64,000 bases of DNA from Candidatus Udaeobacter sp. (GCA_035713825.1 DASTMX010000110.1:1010-65009); one strand, 5' to 3'. Shown: positions 1 through 9,305, numbered from the stretch's first letter. Translations and numbers: made by a program. The notes: generated from the sequence alone by a model not told the origin.

Positions 1-16
1 TCTGGAAGGAGCTACA

Positions 17-523
17 ATGATGGTGGAATATAAAAACGGCCAGTGGGTGCGGAGTTTGATGGAGAACTCACCCAATCAAGCACAGAAGGCCGAATTGCAG
101 CAGCAATTCGTGGATCCCGATGAGATCTACCCTGTGGAACAAGTTCCGCTCGGGTATAAATGGCAGCTCAAAGAGCATCAGTTGGCACATTTCTTTCCCG
201 GTGTCCTATCAGCATCGGGTGATGCATGGTGTACGTTTACAGATGTGCAAGTACACCAGGGGCGAAAATGCGCGGTCATTTCGTCGTGGTTGCAAATTTC
301 CTATCGCGCTCTGATAGACAATAATCCGGCTGAAATCAATCTTGGCGCCAGTGGCATGACTTACCGGGCGCTCGATAAATTGGTAGACCTCGATGCGATG
401 ATGGACGGTCAGATGACGATCAAGTGGTCGTCGGTCGTCAACGGCACTAAGAGCACGATGGAAATGGCCGGCCCGTTGCACGGCGTCCAACGTATCAGCG
501 ACATTACGGATCAACCCGACTAA
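17..523 (+). CDS. hypothetical protein, 168 aa
   Basis: ATG-to-TAA ORF with GGAAGGAG about 7 nt upstream. Composition resembles a soluble protein, while the competing antisense ORF 209..529 is Arg-rich. No family recognised. Confidence 0.45.
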   Translation: MMVEYKNGQWVRSLMENSPNQAQKAELQQQFVDPDEIYPVEQVPLGYKWQLKEHQLAHFFPGVLSASGDAWCTFTDVQVHQGRKCAVISSWLQISYRALIDNNPAEINLGASGMTYRALDKLVDLDAMMDGQMTIKWSSVVNGTKSTMEMAGPLHGVQRISDITDQPD

Positions 524-720
524 GCGCATTCACGCCCTTTGCCTGCGACATCTCGCGGAAAAACCAACGCGTTTGTGTTTCACTCGTGGGAAAAATCCGG
601 CGGACACGTAGGGGAGTATCCTGCGATCATCCAGCGTAAGTCCTCGGTCTGTTTTAGCCGTCCCGATCGTGCTTGCGATGCTATTGCGTGGCAGACAGCT
701 GTCGCTACAGTGACGGCCTT

Positions 721-2031
721 ATGCCATATAAAGATGTCGCTCCGCCCGCAGGTGAAAAAATTACCCGAACCGATAAACTGAATGTACCGGATCAACCGGT
801 CATTCCGTTTATCCGTGGAGATGGCACCGGGCCGGATATCTGGGCCGCGAGCGAGCGCGTGTTCGACGCGGCGGTCAAAAAAGCATACGGCGGCAAAAAA
901 AAGATCGCGTGGTTCGAAGTCTACGCCGGGCAGGCAGCAAAGGACAAATTCGGGGAATGGCTCCCGGAAGACACGGTCGAAGCGTTCCGCGAATACCACG
1001 TCGGAATTAAAGGTCCGCTAACCACGCCTGTAGGCGGGGGAATTCGTTCGCTCAACGTCGCGTTGCGGCAGCTCCTCGATCTCTTCGTTTGCCTGCGCCC
1101 GGTGCAGTACTTTGATGGCGTCCCCTCGCCTCTCCGGCATCCCGAGAAAGTTAATATGGTGATCTTCCGCGAAAACACGGAGGACATCTACGCGGGCATC
1201 GAATTCGCCGCCGGCACGCCGGAGGCACAAAAGGTTCTCGATTTTCTGAAGAAGGATTTCCCGCAGCAGTATGAGAAGATCCGCTTCGGAACAAAACAGA
1301 AAGCCGCCGAATTTTGGAAAAAGGTGGGCGTATCAGAAAAGGACGACGTTCAGGTCGGGATCGGCATCAAACCGGTCAGTCGTTCCGGCACCGTTCGCCT
1401 CGTGCATAGCGCGATCTCGTACGCGATCGCGAACCAGCGCAAAAGCGTCACCCTGGTTCACAAGGGGAACATCATGAAATTCACCGAGGGCGCGTTCCGC
1501 GATTGGGGCTATGACGTGGCGAAGCAATATTTCGGCGCGAAAGAGATCGATGGTGGACCATGGTGCGAGATTCCCATGGGCAAACCGGGTGCCGGCATTG
1601 TGATCAAAGATGCCATTGCTGATAACGCGCTTCAGCAATTCTTGCTGCGGCCAGCCGATTACGACGTGATCGCCACGCTGAATCTGAATGGCGATTACAT
1701 GAGCGATGCGCTGGCGGCGGAGGTGGGCGGAATTGGAATCGCGCCCGGTGGAAATATCAATTACATCACCGGTCACGCAGTATTCGAGGCGACCCATGGT
1801 ACTGCGCCGAAATATACAAACCAGGACAAGGTGAATCCGGGGTCGGTGATTTTGTCGGGCGAAATGATGTTCCGCTACCTTGGCTGGACAGAGGCTGCCG
1901 ATTTGATTTTGAAAGGTCTAAAGGGCGCGATTGCAAGCAAACGCGTCACGTACGATTTCGCGCGTCTGATGGATGGCGCCACCGAGATCAAGTGTTCGCA
2001 ATTTGGCGATAACGTAATCGAGCACATGTGA
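721..2031 (+). CDS. icd: NADP-dependent isocitrate dehydrogenase
   Basis: From ATG 721 the product ([41 protein letters not shown]...) matches the E. coli Icd-type N-terminus and carries the [10 protein letters not shown] metal/substrate motif along a full-length ~436-aa protein. The track ORF opens at 673, but that extension is not Icd-like. Confidence 0.95.
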   Translation: MPYKDVAPPAGEKITRTDKLNVPDQPVIPFIRGDGTGPDIWAASERVFDAAVKKAYGGKKKIAWFEVYAGQAAKDKFGEWLPEDTVEAFREYHVGIKGPLTTPVGGGIRSLNVALRQLLDLFVCLRPVQYFDGVPSPLRHPEKVNMVIFRENTEDIYAGIEFAAGTPEAQKVLDFLKKDFPQQYEKIRFGTKQKAAEFWKKVGVSEKDDVQVGIGIKPVSRSGTVRLVHSAISYAIANQRKSVTLVHKGNIMKFTEGAFRDWGYDVAKQYFGAKEIDGGPWCEIPMGKPGAGIVIKDAIADNALQQFLLRPADYDVIATLNLNGDYMSDALAAEVGGIGIAPGGNINYITGHAVFEATHGTAPKYTNQDKVNPGSVILSGEMMFRYLGWTEAADLILKGLKGAIASKRVTYDFARLMDGATEIKCSQFGDNVIEHM

Positions 2032-2141
2032 GGAGCATAAGGAGGCGGAATCGAAAAGTGATAAATGATCCAATCATGAAGAAACGCCGCGATTCGTTAC
2101 ATCGGCGCACCGTTAAATCGGGTTTGCGATTCCACGATCCA

Positions 2142-4427
2142 ATGAGGCCACGATTCAACGTGGCGAAGCCATTCGTCATTTGTTTGCTCCTGGGTTTGGT
2201 AACAGCAGCCGCCAGCGTCCACGCGGAAAAGCGCAACATCACTGAAAAAGACCTGTTCGATTTCGTCTGGATAGGAGATCCGCAGGTTTCACCGGACGGA
2301 TCGCATGTAGCGTTCGTGCGCGTGACCGTGAATGAGAAGCAAGATGGTTATAATACCTCCATCTGGAGCGTTCCAGTTGCTGGCGGTGAAGAACCTCGTC
2401 AGCTCACAAAAGGTAACCATGATTCCACGCCACGCTGGTCGCCAGATGGAAAATTTTTGCTTTTCCTGCGCGCGAACGAAAAGGATGGCAAGCCCGAGTC
2501 TACACAATTAGCTCTGATCCCGATGGCGGGAGGAGATTCATTCGTCTTTACGGATCTACCGAAAGGAGCAGGAAATCCAAGCTGGTCGCCGGATGGAAAA
2601 ACGATCGCGTTCACGAGCGATACAAACGCGGAAGATCTGGCCAAACAGGAAAAGAAAAAAGCAAAAGAAGAGGAACCAAAGAAAGCTGGTGGCGGGAACG
2701 CTGCCCCGGCCGCCGAGGAACACGAGAGCGACGTTCGCGTGATCACGCATGCTATCTATCGGCAGGATAACGAAGGTTACATTGATCCAAAGCATCCCAC
2801 ACACATCTGGCTGGTCACCGCGCCGGGAGCAGCCGGTGAAAAGGTGAAACCGCGCCAGCTCACAAAGGGGCGATTTGATGAAGAGAGCGCCACCTGGTCC
2901 AAGGACGGGTCGCAGATTTATTTCACCTCGGATCGCAACGACGAACCGTACTATGAACTGCCCAGGACAGATGTTTATTCAGTGGCGGCAGCCGGCGGCG
3001 AACCCGTAAAAATTACAACACTCGATCTGCAGGTCGGAGGATTCGGCCCCGGCGGAGGCGCACTGTCGCTGAGTCCCGATGGCAAACAAGTTGCGTTTAG
3101 CGCATCCACTACGCGCCCGATCACTTCCTACGCGCAGCCCGATCTTTGGGTGCTCGACCTTTCGCCGAACGCGAAACCGCGCAATCTGACTGCGAACTTT
3201 GATTTTGATGTGCCCGGGTTCGTAATTGGGGACAGCTCAGCGCCCCGGGCAGGTGGACAAAACAAGCCGATCTGGACGCCCGATGGCAAAGGTCTCATCG
3301 CCGTTTACTCCAAGGAAGGCAAAGCGACTCTCGCGCTCTTCGATCTGCCTGCGGCCCAGGACGCCGATCTCGGGAAGGGCGGGGTACACGATCTAACGTC
3401 TGGAAATCAGGGGGTCATGAGTTTTCGCACCTCCCCTGACACTTCGAAGTTGATTTACGTGGTTTCAACGCCAACGCGTATCAACGATATTTTTGTACTA
3501 GACCGCGCAACCGGAAATGCGCAGCCGCAGCAATTGACCCACGTTAATGATGAACTGTTCTCCAAGCTGAACCTGACCGAGCCGGAAGAAGTCTGGTACA
3601 ACAGCTTTGACGGCAAACGCATCGAAGCGTGGTTGCAGAAGCCGCCAAACTTCGATTCCCACAAAAAATATCCGCTTATCCTGAACATTCATGGCGGACC
3701 CCACGTGGCGTACGGTCATATCTTCGATCACGAATTTCAGTGGATGGCAGCCAAAGGTTATGTGGTCCTTTATCCGAATCCGCGTGGCAGTACCACTTAC
3801 GGCCAGGAATTTGGAAACATTATTCAGTACAATTATCCAGGAGACGACTACAAAGACCTGATGGCAGGCGTGGATGACGCAATCAAGCGTGGTTATATCG
3901 ATGAGAAAAAGCTGGGCGTGACTGGAGGCAGTGGCGGCGGTTTGCTGACGAACTGGGTGGTAGGCCAAACAAACCGCTTTGCCGCGGCGGTAGCACAACG
4001 CGACATCGCGAATTGGGAAAATTGGTGGTACACGGGTGATTTCACTCTCTTTCAACCCTCGTGGTTCAAGGGGCCGCCCTTTGAAGATCCGCAGGAGTAT
4101 CGAGCGCGTTCGCCAATCAATTATATCAAGAACGTGACGACACCATTGATGCTGGTCCTTGGCGAAGCCGATTATCGAACGCCACCTGGTGCCGGCGGCG
4201 AACAAATGTTTCGCGCATTAAAGTTCCGCAAGGTTCCCACTGTGATGGTGCGTTTCCCCAACGAATCGCACGAGCTCTCGCGCTCCGGTCAGCCGTGGCA
4301 CCGGGTCGAACGCCTGCAGCATATTGTTGGCTGGTTCGACAAGTGGCTAATGGGTGCGCACAAGCCGGAGTACGATGTGGCGCCACCAGAAGAAACGCCC
4401 GCCAAGAAGGGCGCAACTGCCAGATGA
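2142..4427 (+). CDS. S9 family serine peptidase (prolyl oligopeptidase/acylaminoacyl-peptidase type) with N-terminal TolB-like beta-propeller
   Basis: Repeated SPDG/WSPDGK propeller motifs. The C-terminal hydrolase has the VTGGSGGG nucleophile elbow, GEADYRTPP Asp and NESHELS His. A canonical signal peptide (MRPRFNVAKPFVICLLLGLVTAAASVHA) appears if the start is ATG 2142; 2028 and 2076 are alternatives. Confidence 0.85.
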   Translation: MRPRFNVAKPFVICLLLGLVTAAASVHAEKRNITEKDLFDFVWIGDPQVSPDGSHVAFVRVTVNEKQDGYNTSIWSVPVAGGEEPRQLTKGNHDSTPRWSPDGKFLLFLRANEKDGKPESTQLALIPMAGGDSFVFTDLPKGAGNPSWSPDGKTIAFTSDTNAEDLAKQEKKKAKEEEPKKAGGGNAAPAAEEHESDVRVITHAIYRQDNEGYIDPKHPTHIWLVTAPGAAGEKVKPRQLTKGRFDEESATWSKDGSQIYFTSDRNDEPYYELPRTDVYSVAAAGGEPVKITTLDLQVGGFGPGGGALSLSPDGKQVAFSASTTRPITSYAQPDLWVLDLSPNAKPRNLTANFDFDVPGFVIGDSSAPRAGGQNKPIWTPDGKGLIAVYSKEGKATLALFDLPAAQDADLGKGGVHDLTSGNQGVMSFRTSPDTSKLIYVVSTPTRINDIFVLDRATGNAQPQQLTHVNDELFSKLNLTEPEEVWYNSFDGKRIEAWLQKPPNFDSHKKYPLILNIHGGPHVAYGHIFDHEFQWMAAKGYVVLYPNPRGSTTYGQEFGNIIQYNYPGDDYKDLMAGVDDAIKRGYIDEKKLGVTGGSGGGLLTNWVVGQTNRFAAAVAQRDIANWENWWYTGDFTLFQPSWFKGPPFEDPQEYRARSPINYIKNVTTPLMLVLGEADYRTPPGAGGEQMFRALKFRKVPTVMVRFPNESHELSRSGQPWHRVERLQHIVGWFDKWLMGAHKPEYDVAPPEETPAKKGATAR

Positions 4428-4440
4428 CCACGCTCCGGGA

Positions 4441-5919
4441 TCACTGACACTGAATTACTTTGGGCGAATTCGTAAGCTCCTGATTCGTCCCCGCAACGCG
4501 AAGATGGATGACGTGTGAGTGGTGATCTTTGAGTTGCGTCGGCGTCGGAACGTGAAAGCCATGCCGGCCGTTTCCGTAGCCCGCACCGACGAGGTCCTGC
4601 CGGAATTTATCAGCCGGAAACTTCATTAGAAACTTGTCCCCATCCCAAAGTTCGACATCAACAGTTGCGTCCGGCTGGTTTTTGTCCCAAACCCATCCCT
4701 GAATCTCATCACAATGGACCTGCTCGACGTCGCCCGCACGTTGTAGAAGCGGAGCTGACCCGATGCGTCCTGAAAAAATCAGCAGACCGAAGCAAACGCA
4801 TTGGAAAGTAACGAACGTAGAAATCGTCCGCGACAGCAGACCTTCGCGCCAATACTGGTGTGACTTGTTCCAGCGGGAGAAGATATGAAAGGTCGAAAGC
4901 AACGCCGCCTGATATAGTCCATACACAAGATAGTGAACCTGGGGCCCGTGCCAGAGACCCATGAGCCCGAACGTCAGAAAGTAGCCTGCAATTGGGGCGA
5001 CTTCCTTATGCTCAAACCATTTGCCTCGCATCGCGGCATACAGGAAACGCATGTAAACATGGTCTCGGAACCAAAATGAAAGAGTGATGTGCCAGCGATT
5101 CCAGAAATCGCGGATGTTCCTGGCAAGAAAGGGTCGATCAAAATTTTCCGGCGTGTGGACGCCGAAAAGATAACTCAGGGCAATGGCAAAAGCGCTGTAT
5201 CCGGCAAAATCAAAAAAAAGATAGAAGCTGTACGCGTACATGTAACTGATCAACGCAGCGAAATTTCCACTGCTGGCCGCGCGATCCAGCCAGTACTGTT
5301 TAATCAGCGCGGCAAGAATGAACTTATAAAAGAATCCCCGGAAAATTCGGTGCACCGCGCCGTCCAGATCGACAAGAAATTCAGCGCGGGTTCGCTTTTT
5401 TCTCCATTCGCCGGCGAAGCGCTGGTAGCGGTCAATTGGACCGGCTGAAACTGTTGGAAAGAAAAAAAGAAACATCAGGAAATCGAGTGTCCGGGGCTTG
5501 GCGATGACTTTGTCGCGCAGGCAAAATACGACATCCAGTGCCCGGAATGTGATGTATGAGATTCCGAGAAAACCAAACTCGCTTTTCGGCGAAATAACGG
5601 GAAAAAACTTGGATGCGGCCAATGGCAGTATGCCTGCTGCGATCGCAACGTAAAACGGCCAACCTGCCCGTGCCCCGACTTTTGCGAACACGCATACAGT
5701 AGCCCACTGCCAGACGGCGAAACCAATGGCGATCCAGATCTCACGTACCGGGAAATTTGGCCGGACATTTAATAATCCGTGATACTGCACGACGAGCATC
5801 CCGGCAGTGACGAGCGTCGCCCAGCGCCAGCCTGCTCTTCCAAACAAACCGAGAAAGAGCGTTGGAATTACTGCGTAAAGCAGTAACCCGAAATAGGTGA
5901 AATCGGCGTAGGGAATCAC
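4441..5919 (-). CDS. dltB: DltB-type MBOAT (D-alanyl transfer protein) with extra C-terminal soluble domain
   Basis: Polytopic membrane protein with the NIRDFWNRWHITLSFWFRDHVYMRF block, which is the DltB-style MBOAT catalytic His region. The GTG start overlaps the dltA stop (GTGA). At 492 aa it is longer than the ~400 aa typical of DltB. Confidence 0.85.
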   Translation of the reverse strand: MIPYADFTYFGLLLYAVIPTLFLGLFGRAGWRWATLVTAGMLVVQYHGLLNVRPNFPVREIWIAIGFAVWQWATVCVFAKVGARAGWPFYVAIAAGILPLAASKFFPVISPKSEFGFLGISYITFRALDVVFCLRDKVIAKPRTLDFLMFLFFFPTVSAGPIDRYQRFAGEWRKKRTRAEFLVDLDGAVHRIFRGFFYKFILAALIKQYWLDRAASSGNFAALISYMYAYSFYLFFDFAGYSAFAIALSYLFGVHTPENFDRPFLARNIRDFWNRWHITLSFWFRDHVYMRFLYAAMRGKWFEHKEVAPIAGYFLTFGLMGLWHGPQVHYLVYGLYQAALLSTFHIFSRWNKSHQYWREGLLSRTISTFVTFQCVCFGLLIFSGRIGSAPLLQRAGDVEQVHCDEIQGWVWDKNQPDATVDVELWDGDKFLMKFPADKFRQDLVGAGYGNGRHGFHVPTPTQLKDHHSHVIHLRVAGTNQELTNSPKVIQCQ

Positions 5920-7373
5920 AGCGACCGGGCCAGCCGCGCTCGATCGACTTTGCCGTTCGCCGTCATCGGAAAAGAATCGCGAAAAACGAATTTGCGCGGC
6001 ACCATGTACACTGGCAGTCGCTCCGACAGTTGTCGCCGAAGCAACTGTGTTAATTCAAAGTCTGATTCCGCGGTTCGGCTGCTGAGCACTACGAAGGCGG
6101 CAAGAGAGTGCGGCGCGCCGTTTTTAAGCAACGGTGTAACTACTGCGGCCCTTATTTCAGACAAACCGAGAAGGTTGGCTTCGACATCGCCAAGCTCGAT
6201 ACGATAACCGCTCAGCTTGACTTGCGAATCCAGGCGTCCCTCAAAAAAAAGCAGGTCGTCACGCACTCGTCCCTGGTCGCCGGTCCGATAAGCGCGTCGG
6301 CCGCGATACTCGAAGAAGTTCGTCGAGGTCAGGTCGGGGCGACCGAGATAGCCCGGGCTGACATTTGGTCCTGCGATGACAATTTCACCTCGCTTGTTTG
6401 CCGGCAAAACATCGCCAGCTTCATTAGCCACGAAAACTTCGGTTTCGGGCATGGCGCGTCCGACCGGTAATGCCGCATACTTTTCCAAAATAAAATGGTC
6501 TATGCGTATTGAGGTAGTAGCCACAGTCGCCTCAGTCGGCCCGTACATGTTCCATACCTCGGCTTGTGGAAAGCGCTCCAGTAAATGAGCTGCGGTTTGC
6601 GCGGCAAGCGTTTCTCCGCAAAAAAGAAAACGGCGAATGCGTGGCAGCATCGCCTCTGCAAATTTTTCTTCGACCAGGCACATTTGCGCGAACGAGGGCG
6701 TAGAGACCCAGGTGGTGGTACCGGAACTTCCAAGGGCGTGAAAAAGCATTTTCGGATTCGCCACGAGATCGCGGCTAATGCTGAAGAGAGTGCCTCCCGT
6801 GGAAAGGCTGCAATAGAGATCCATCACGGAGAGATCGAACGAGAATGGCGCCGTGTTTAGGAAAGTCTCGCTGAAAGGCAGGAACTTTTGTTGTTCAACC
6901 ATCCACGTAACGAAATGCTGCACACATTCTCGAGTGATGATCACCCCCTTCGGGTCGCCCGTGCTGCCGCTGGTGAACAAAATGTAAAATGGATCATCGC
7001 GCCGGGTGGCAATGACAGGAGCAGCCGCGCCAGAACCTGAAAGTTCCATGACATCGTTCGGCCTGAGAAGCAATGCGGGCCGCGCGATTGTGAGAATCTT
7101 GTCGAGCCGTTGCTGCGGCAATGCGGTGTCGAGTGGAATATAGGGCTTGCGGGATTTTGCAGCTGCCAGAAAAGCGATGAGTAAACCAGGCTCTCGATGT
7201 CCCAGCACAGCGATCGGAGTAGGAGCCTCGCCGAAGCGCGTTATGAGATGCGCGGCGAGTGCGTTCGAACGCTGGCGAAGCTCGCCATAGGTGAGTCTTT
7301 GGTCTCCACTGATGTGAGCGATTGCGTTGGGAGCCGTTAAAGCCCAGTGGTCGATTTGTTCGATGAGATTCAC
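5916..7373 (-). CDS. dltA: D-alanine--D-alanyl carrier protein ligase (adenylation enzyme)
   Basis: Stand-alone adenylation domain of 485 aa with FTSGSTGDPKGV, YRTGD, GRLDSQVKLSGYRIELGDVE and ANGKVDR core motifs. Size and context (dltC, dltB, dltD) fit DltA. The GTG start lies directly after the dltX stop. Confidence 0.85.
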   Translation of the reverse strand: MNLIEQIDHWALTAPNAIAHISGDQRLTYGELRQRSNALAAHLITRFGEAPTPIAVLGHREPGLLIAFLAAAKSRKPYIPLDTALPQQRLDKILTIARPALLLRPNDVMELSGSGAAAPVIATRRDDPFYILFTSGSTGDPKGVIITRECVQHFVTWMVEQQKFLPFSETFLNTAPFSFDLSVMDLYCSLSTGGTLFSISRDLVANPKMLFHALGSSGTTTWVSTPSFAQMCLVEEKFAEAMLPRIRRFLFCGETLAAQTAAHLLERFPQAEVWNMYGPTEATVATTSIRIDHFILEKYAALPVGRAMPETEVFVANEAGDVLPANKRGEIVIAGPNVSPGYLGRPDLTSTNFFEYRGRRAYRTGDQGRVRDDLLFFEGRLDSQVKLSGYRIELGDVEANLLGLSEIRAAVVTPLLKNGAPHSLAAFVVLSSRTAESDFELTQLLRRQLSERLPVYMVPRKFVFRDSFPMTANGKVDRARLARSL

Positions 7374-7511
7374 TCAAAACCCCTGATAAATGAACGGGGG
7401 CGTGGAAAAGTCACCCCGGCCGTACATGACGATTAAGCCGGCAATAACAACCAGGTAATACAGAATCAGCAACGCTCGCCAAAGCGCCGGGTGTGCCCTG
7501 ATCCGACTCAC
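7374..7511 (-). CDS. dltX: DltX-like small membrane peptide (45 aa), not in ORF track
   Basis: Manual translation of the minus strand gives (M)SRIRAHPALWRALLILYYLVVIAGLIVMYGRGDFSTPPFIYQGF*. It has one hydrophobic helix plus the C-terminal F-I-Y-x-x-F motif characteristic of DltX. The GTG start sits inside the ATGTGA end of dltC, and its TGA abuts the dltA GTG. The ORF exactly fills the dltC-dltA gap. Confidence 0.68.
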   Translation of the reverse strand: MSRIRAHPALWRALLILYYLVVIAGLIVMYGRGDFSTPPFIYQGF

Positions 7512-7756
7512 ATGCTGACCTGGGTCCGGCTCTCAAGATCGGCAATGATCTTGCGCGGTGTCGCCCAATTTTCGCGCTCGAACTCCGCCGGCGAAACTTT
7601 AACGCCGAATTCTTCCTCGATTCTTACCATCAATTCTACAGTTTTGATCGAGTCCAACAGCTGACAATCATAGAGGGGTAGCTCGAGGTTGGCCCGCACC
7701 TCGTTGGTCTCAGTGACCGATTCCAGCAGTTGTAACGCTTGCTCGCGAACGGACAT
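7508..7756 (-). CDS. dltC: D-alanyl carrier protein
   Basis: An 82-aa acidic carrier protein. QLLDSIKTVELMVRIEEEFG (phosphopantetheine Ser) and EFERENWATPRKII match the B. subtilis DltC pattern (LLDSFGTVELL...EFDRDVWNTPNNIV). Confidence 0.88.
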   Translation of the reverse strand: MSVREQALQLLESVTETNEVRANLELPLYDCQLLDSIKTVELMVRIEEEFGVKVSPAEFERENWATPRKIIADLESRTQVSM

Positions 7757-7875
7757 TTTGGAGGGTATGCCCTCAAGTAAGGCTCTGCATGTGAGCCAGG
7801 ATATGAAGATGTTGTAGTGCGTTGCCCTACAACATCAGTGAACAATCAATAGCCGCGCGCTAACGCGAATCCCGA

Positions 7876-9060
7876 TCAACTATGGGGGCCGCCCTGGAAA
7901 AACTCATCAAGGGCGCGATCGTAATAGATCCAGCCTTTTGCAGTAAGGTGACTTTGGTGGCGATAAAGGAAAGCCGGATCTTCGTCGTGCCCCTTAAACT
8001 CGATCAACGCAAAATGGTATCGTTGCGCGAGTGCGCGCAACTTCTTGTAGTAGGTTTCCCGGGCTTCTCGTGAAATGCCTGTCTGGTCGTAAAATTGTCC
8101 GGCAATCGGCATGCTCAGAAGGAGTGGCCGCGCATGAACGCTCGCCAAGGTACGGAGCAGTAACTCGAATTCTATCCATCCCTCGCCCTCGTCCATGCGG
8201 GTTCGGAAGGCTACGTCACGATTATCAGGAGCTGGCTGTGGGTCTGCGCTACGGCGTATGTCGTCTTCGTCAGAGCTTTTATATTCATCAGCTTTCGCAA
8301 TGAGCTTCGACCAATCGACTGTTGTCCGCTGCTGTTGTGGAGCAGGCTTAATCTTGTGCAGGATGTGACCAAGCGCTGCGAAATGATCCTGCATCTCCAA
8401 TGCTGCGTTTTGTACTTTTCCTATTGGCCAGATGGCGCAGAAGAGAACACGATCAAACCATCTATGAGAAGCAAGTCGCCTGACTGCGAATCCCAATAAC
8501 GGATTTTTTTTCAGTGTACTGGGAGATTTTAGCATCCGTGAAGCAATCTGCCGCTTCAACTTGAAGTCGAGGGCAGCCCCAAACACCATTTCACTCGCCG
8601 CCATGAGGGAAAAATTTGCATCATAAGCTTTGCGCGCAGGATGTGCCGTTAATCCCGGCGACAGCGAGATGGCAAGTTTTTTACCGCGCAAATCCGATCC
8701 GAGTGCAGCAATCTTCTGCGAAATGATCAACGGTGGCATGCCTCCAGCGCCGACGGGCGAAACCTGAAAACCTGTCGGCGCCGTGCGAAAAAATATGTTT
8801 GCCCGCTCCGGCACGGGAACGGCCGTGAGTTCGGAACTGCCGTAAAACGGCAAAACGTTCGGTGCACGAGCCGCGGCGCGTTGAAAAGCCAGGCCCTGGT
8901 TTTTGAGCGGGAACAACTCGGGGGCGGTCGCGTGAACGGTGGCGTGTTCGCGATGGACGGCTACCATTCCTGCGACGAGCAAAACGACCGCGACAAAGCC
9001 GGAAGCAACTGTCCCGGAAAACAAATGTGGCAGCGGTTTCCCGGTGCGAGCACTTGCCAT
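7876..9060 (-). CDS. dltD: DltD-like protein (membrane-anchored SGNH-type acyltransferase/esterase)
   Basis: About 394 aa from ATG 9060. It has one N-terminal TM anchor (GFVAVVLLVAGMVAV) followed by the FYGSSEL catalytic-Ser motif typical of DltD. The track ORF opens at 9117. Confidence 0.8.
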   Translation of the reverse strand: MASARTGKPLPHLFSGTVASGFVAVVLLVAGMVAVHREHATVHATAPELFPLKNQGLAFQRAAARAPNVLPFYGSSELTAVPVPERANIFFRTAPTGFQVSPVGAGGMPPLIISQKIAALGSDLRGKKLAISLSPGLTAHPARKAYDANFSLMAASEMVFGAALDFKLKRQIASRMLKSPSTLKKNPLLGFAVRRLASHRWFDRVLFCAIWPIGKVQNAALEMQDHFAALGHILHKIKPAPQQQRTTVDWSKLIAKADEYKSSDEDDIRRSADPQPAPDNRDVAFRTRMDEGEGWIEFELLLRTLASVHARPLLLSMPIAGQFYDQTGISREARETYYKKLRALAQRYHFALIEFKGHDEDPAFLYRHQSHLTAKGWIYYDRALDEFFQGGPHS

Positions 9061-9305
9061 GGTACAGCCGATATTCAAATGTTTACGGTCAGCAACTCTT
9101 ATACCGTTGCCACACATGTCATTTTTTCCACGCCGGCCGCTTTTTTTCTCGTATTACCGCGCCCTTCGTTTTTCTCCCAATGTCAGCGGTTTGCGTATTC
9201 GCGCAGTGCGCGGTAACGAACCGGCCAATGATCGATTTTCGCCGGCAAATCCCACGCAATCAACCTCCCGCGCGAAACACCCGTTCATCTGCTAAATTCG
9301 GGGAT

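Noticed and set aside
576-591. parS-like half-site TGTTTCAC upstream of icd
   Set aside because: Only the first 8 nt match TGTTNCACGTGAAACA, and the second half (TCGTGGGA) does not complete the palindrome.
3498-4205. Long antisense ORFs inside confident genes. This one is within the S9 peptidase gene; similar cases are 18253..18849, 13443..13967, 22389..22970, 53590..54219, 59458..60009 and 46030..46356.
   Set aside because: Each lies opposite a gene with strong family motifs and has the Arg/Cys/His-rich composition typical of shadow ORFs in moderately GC-rich DNA.
9091-9112. Sigma-54-like promoter upstream of dltD (minus strand reads TGGCAACGGTATAAGAGTTGCT)
   Set aside because: The spacing between the GG and GC dinucleotides is 6 nt longer than the invariant -24/-12 spacing of TGGCAC-N5-TTGC, so it is unlikely to function.
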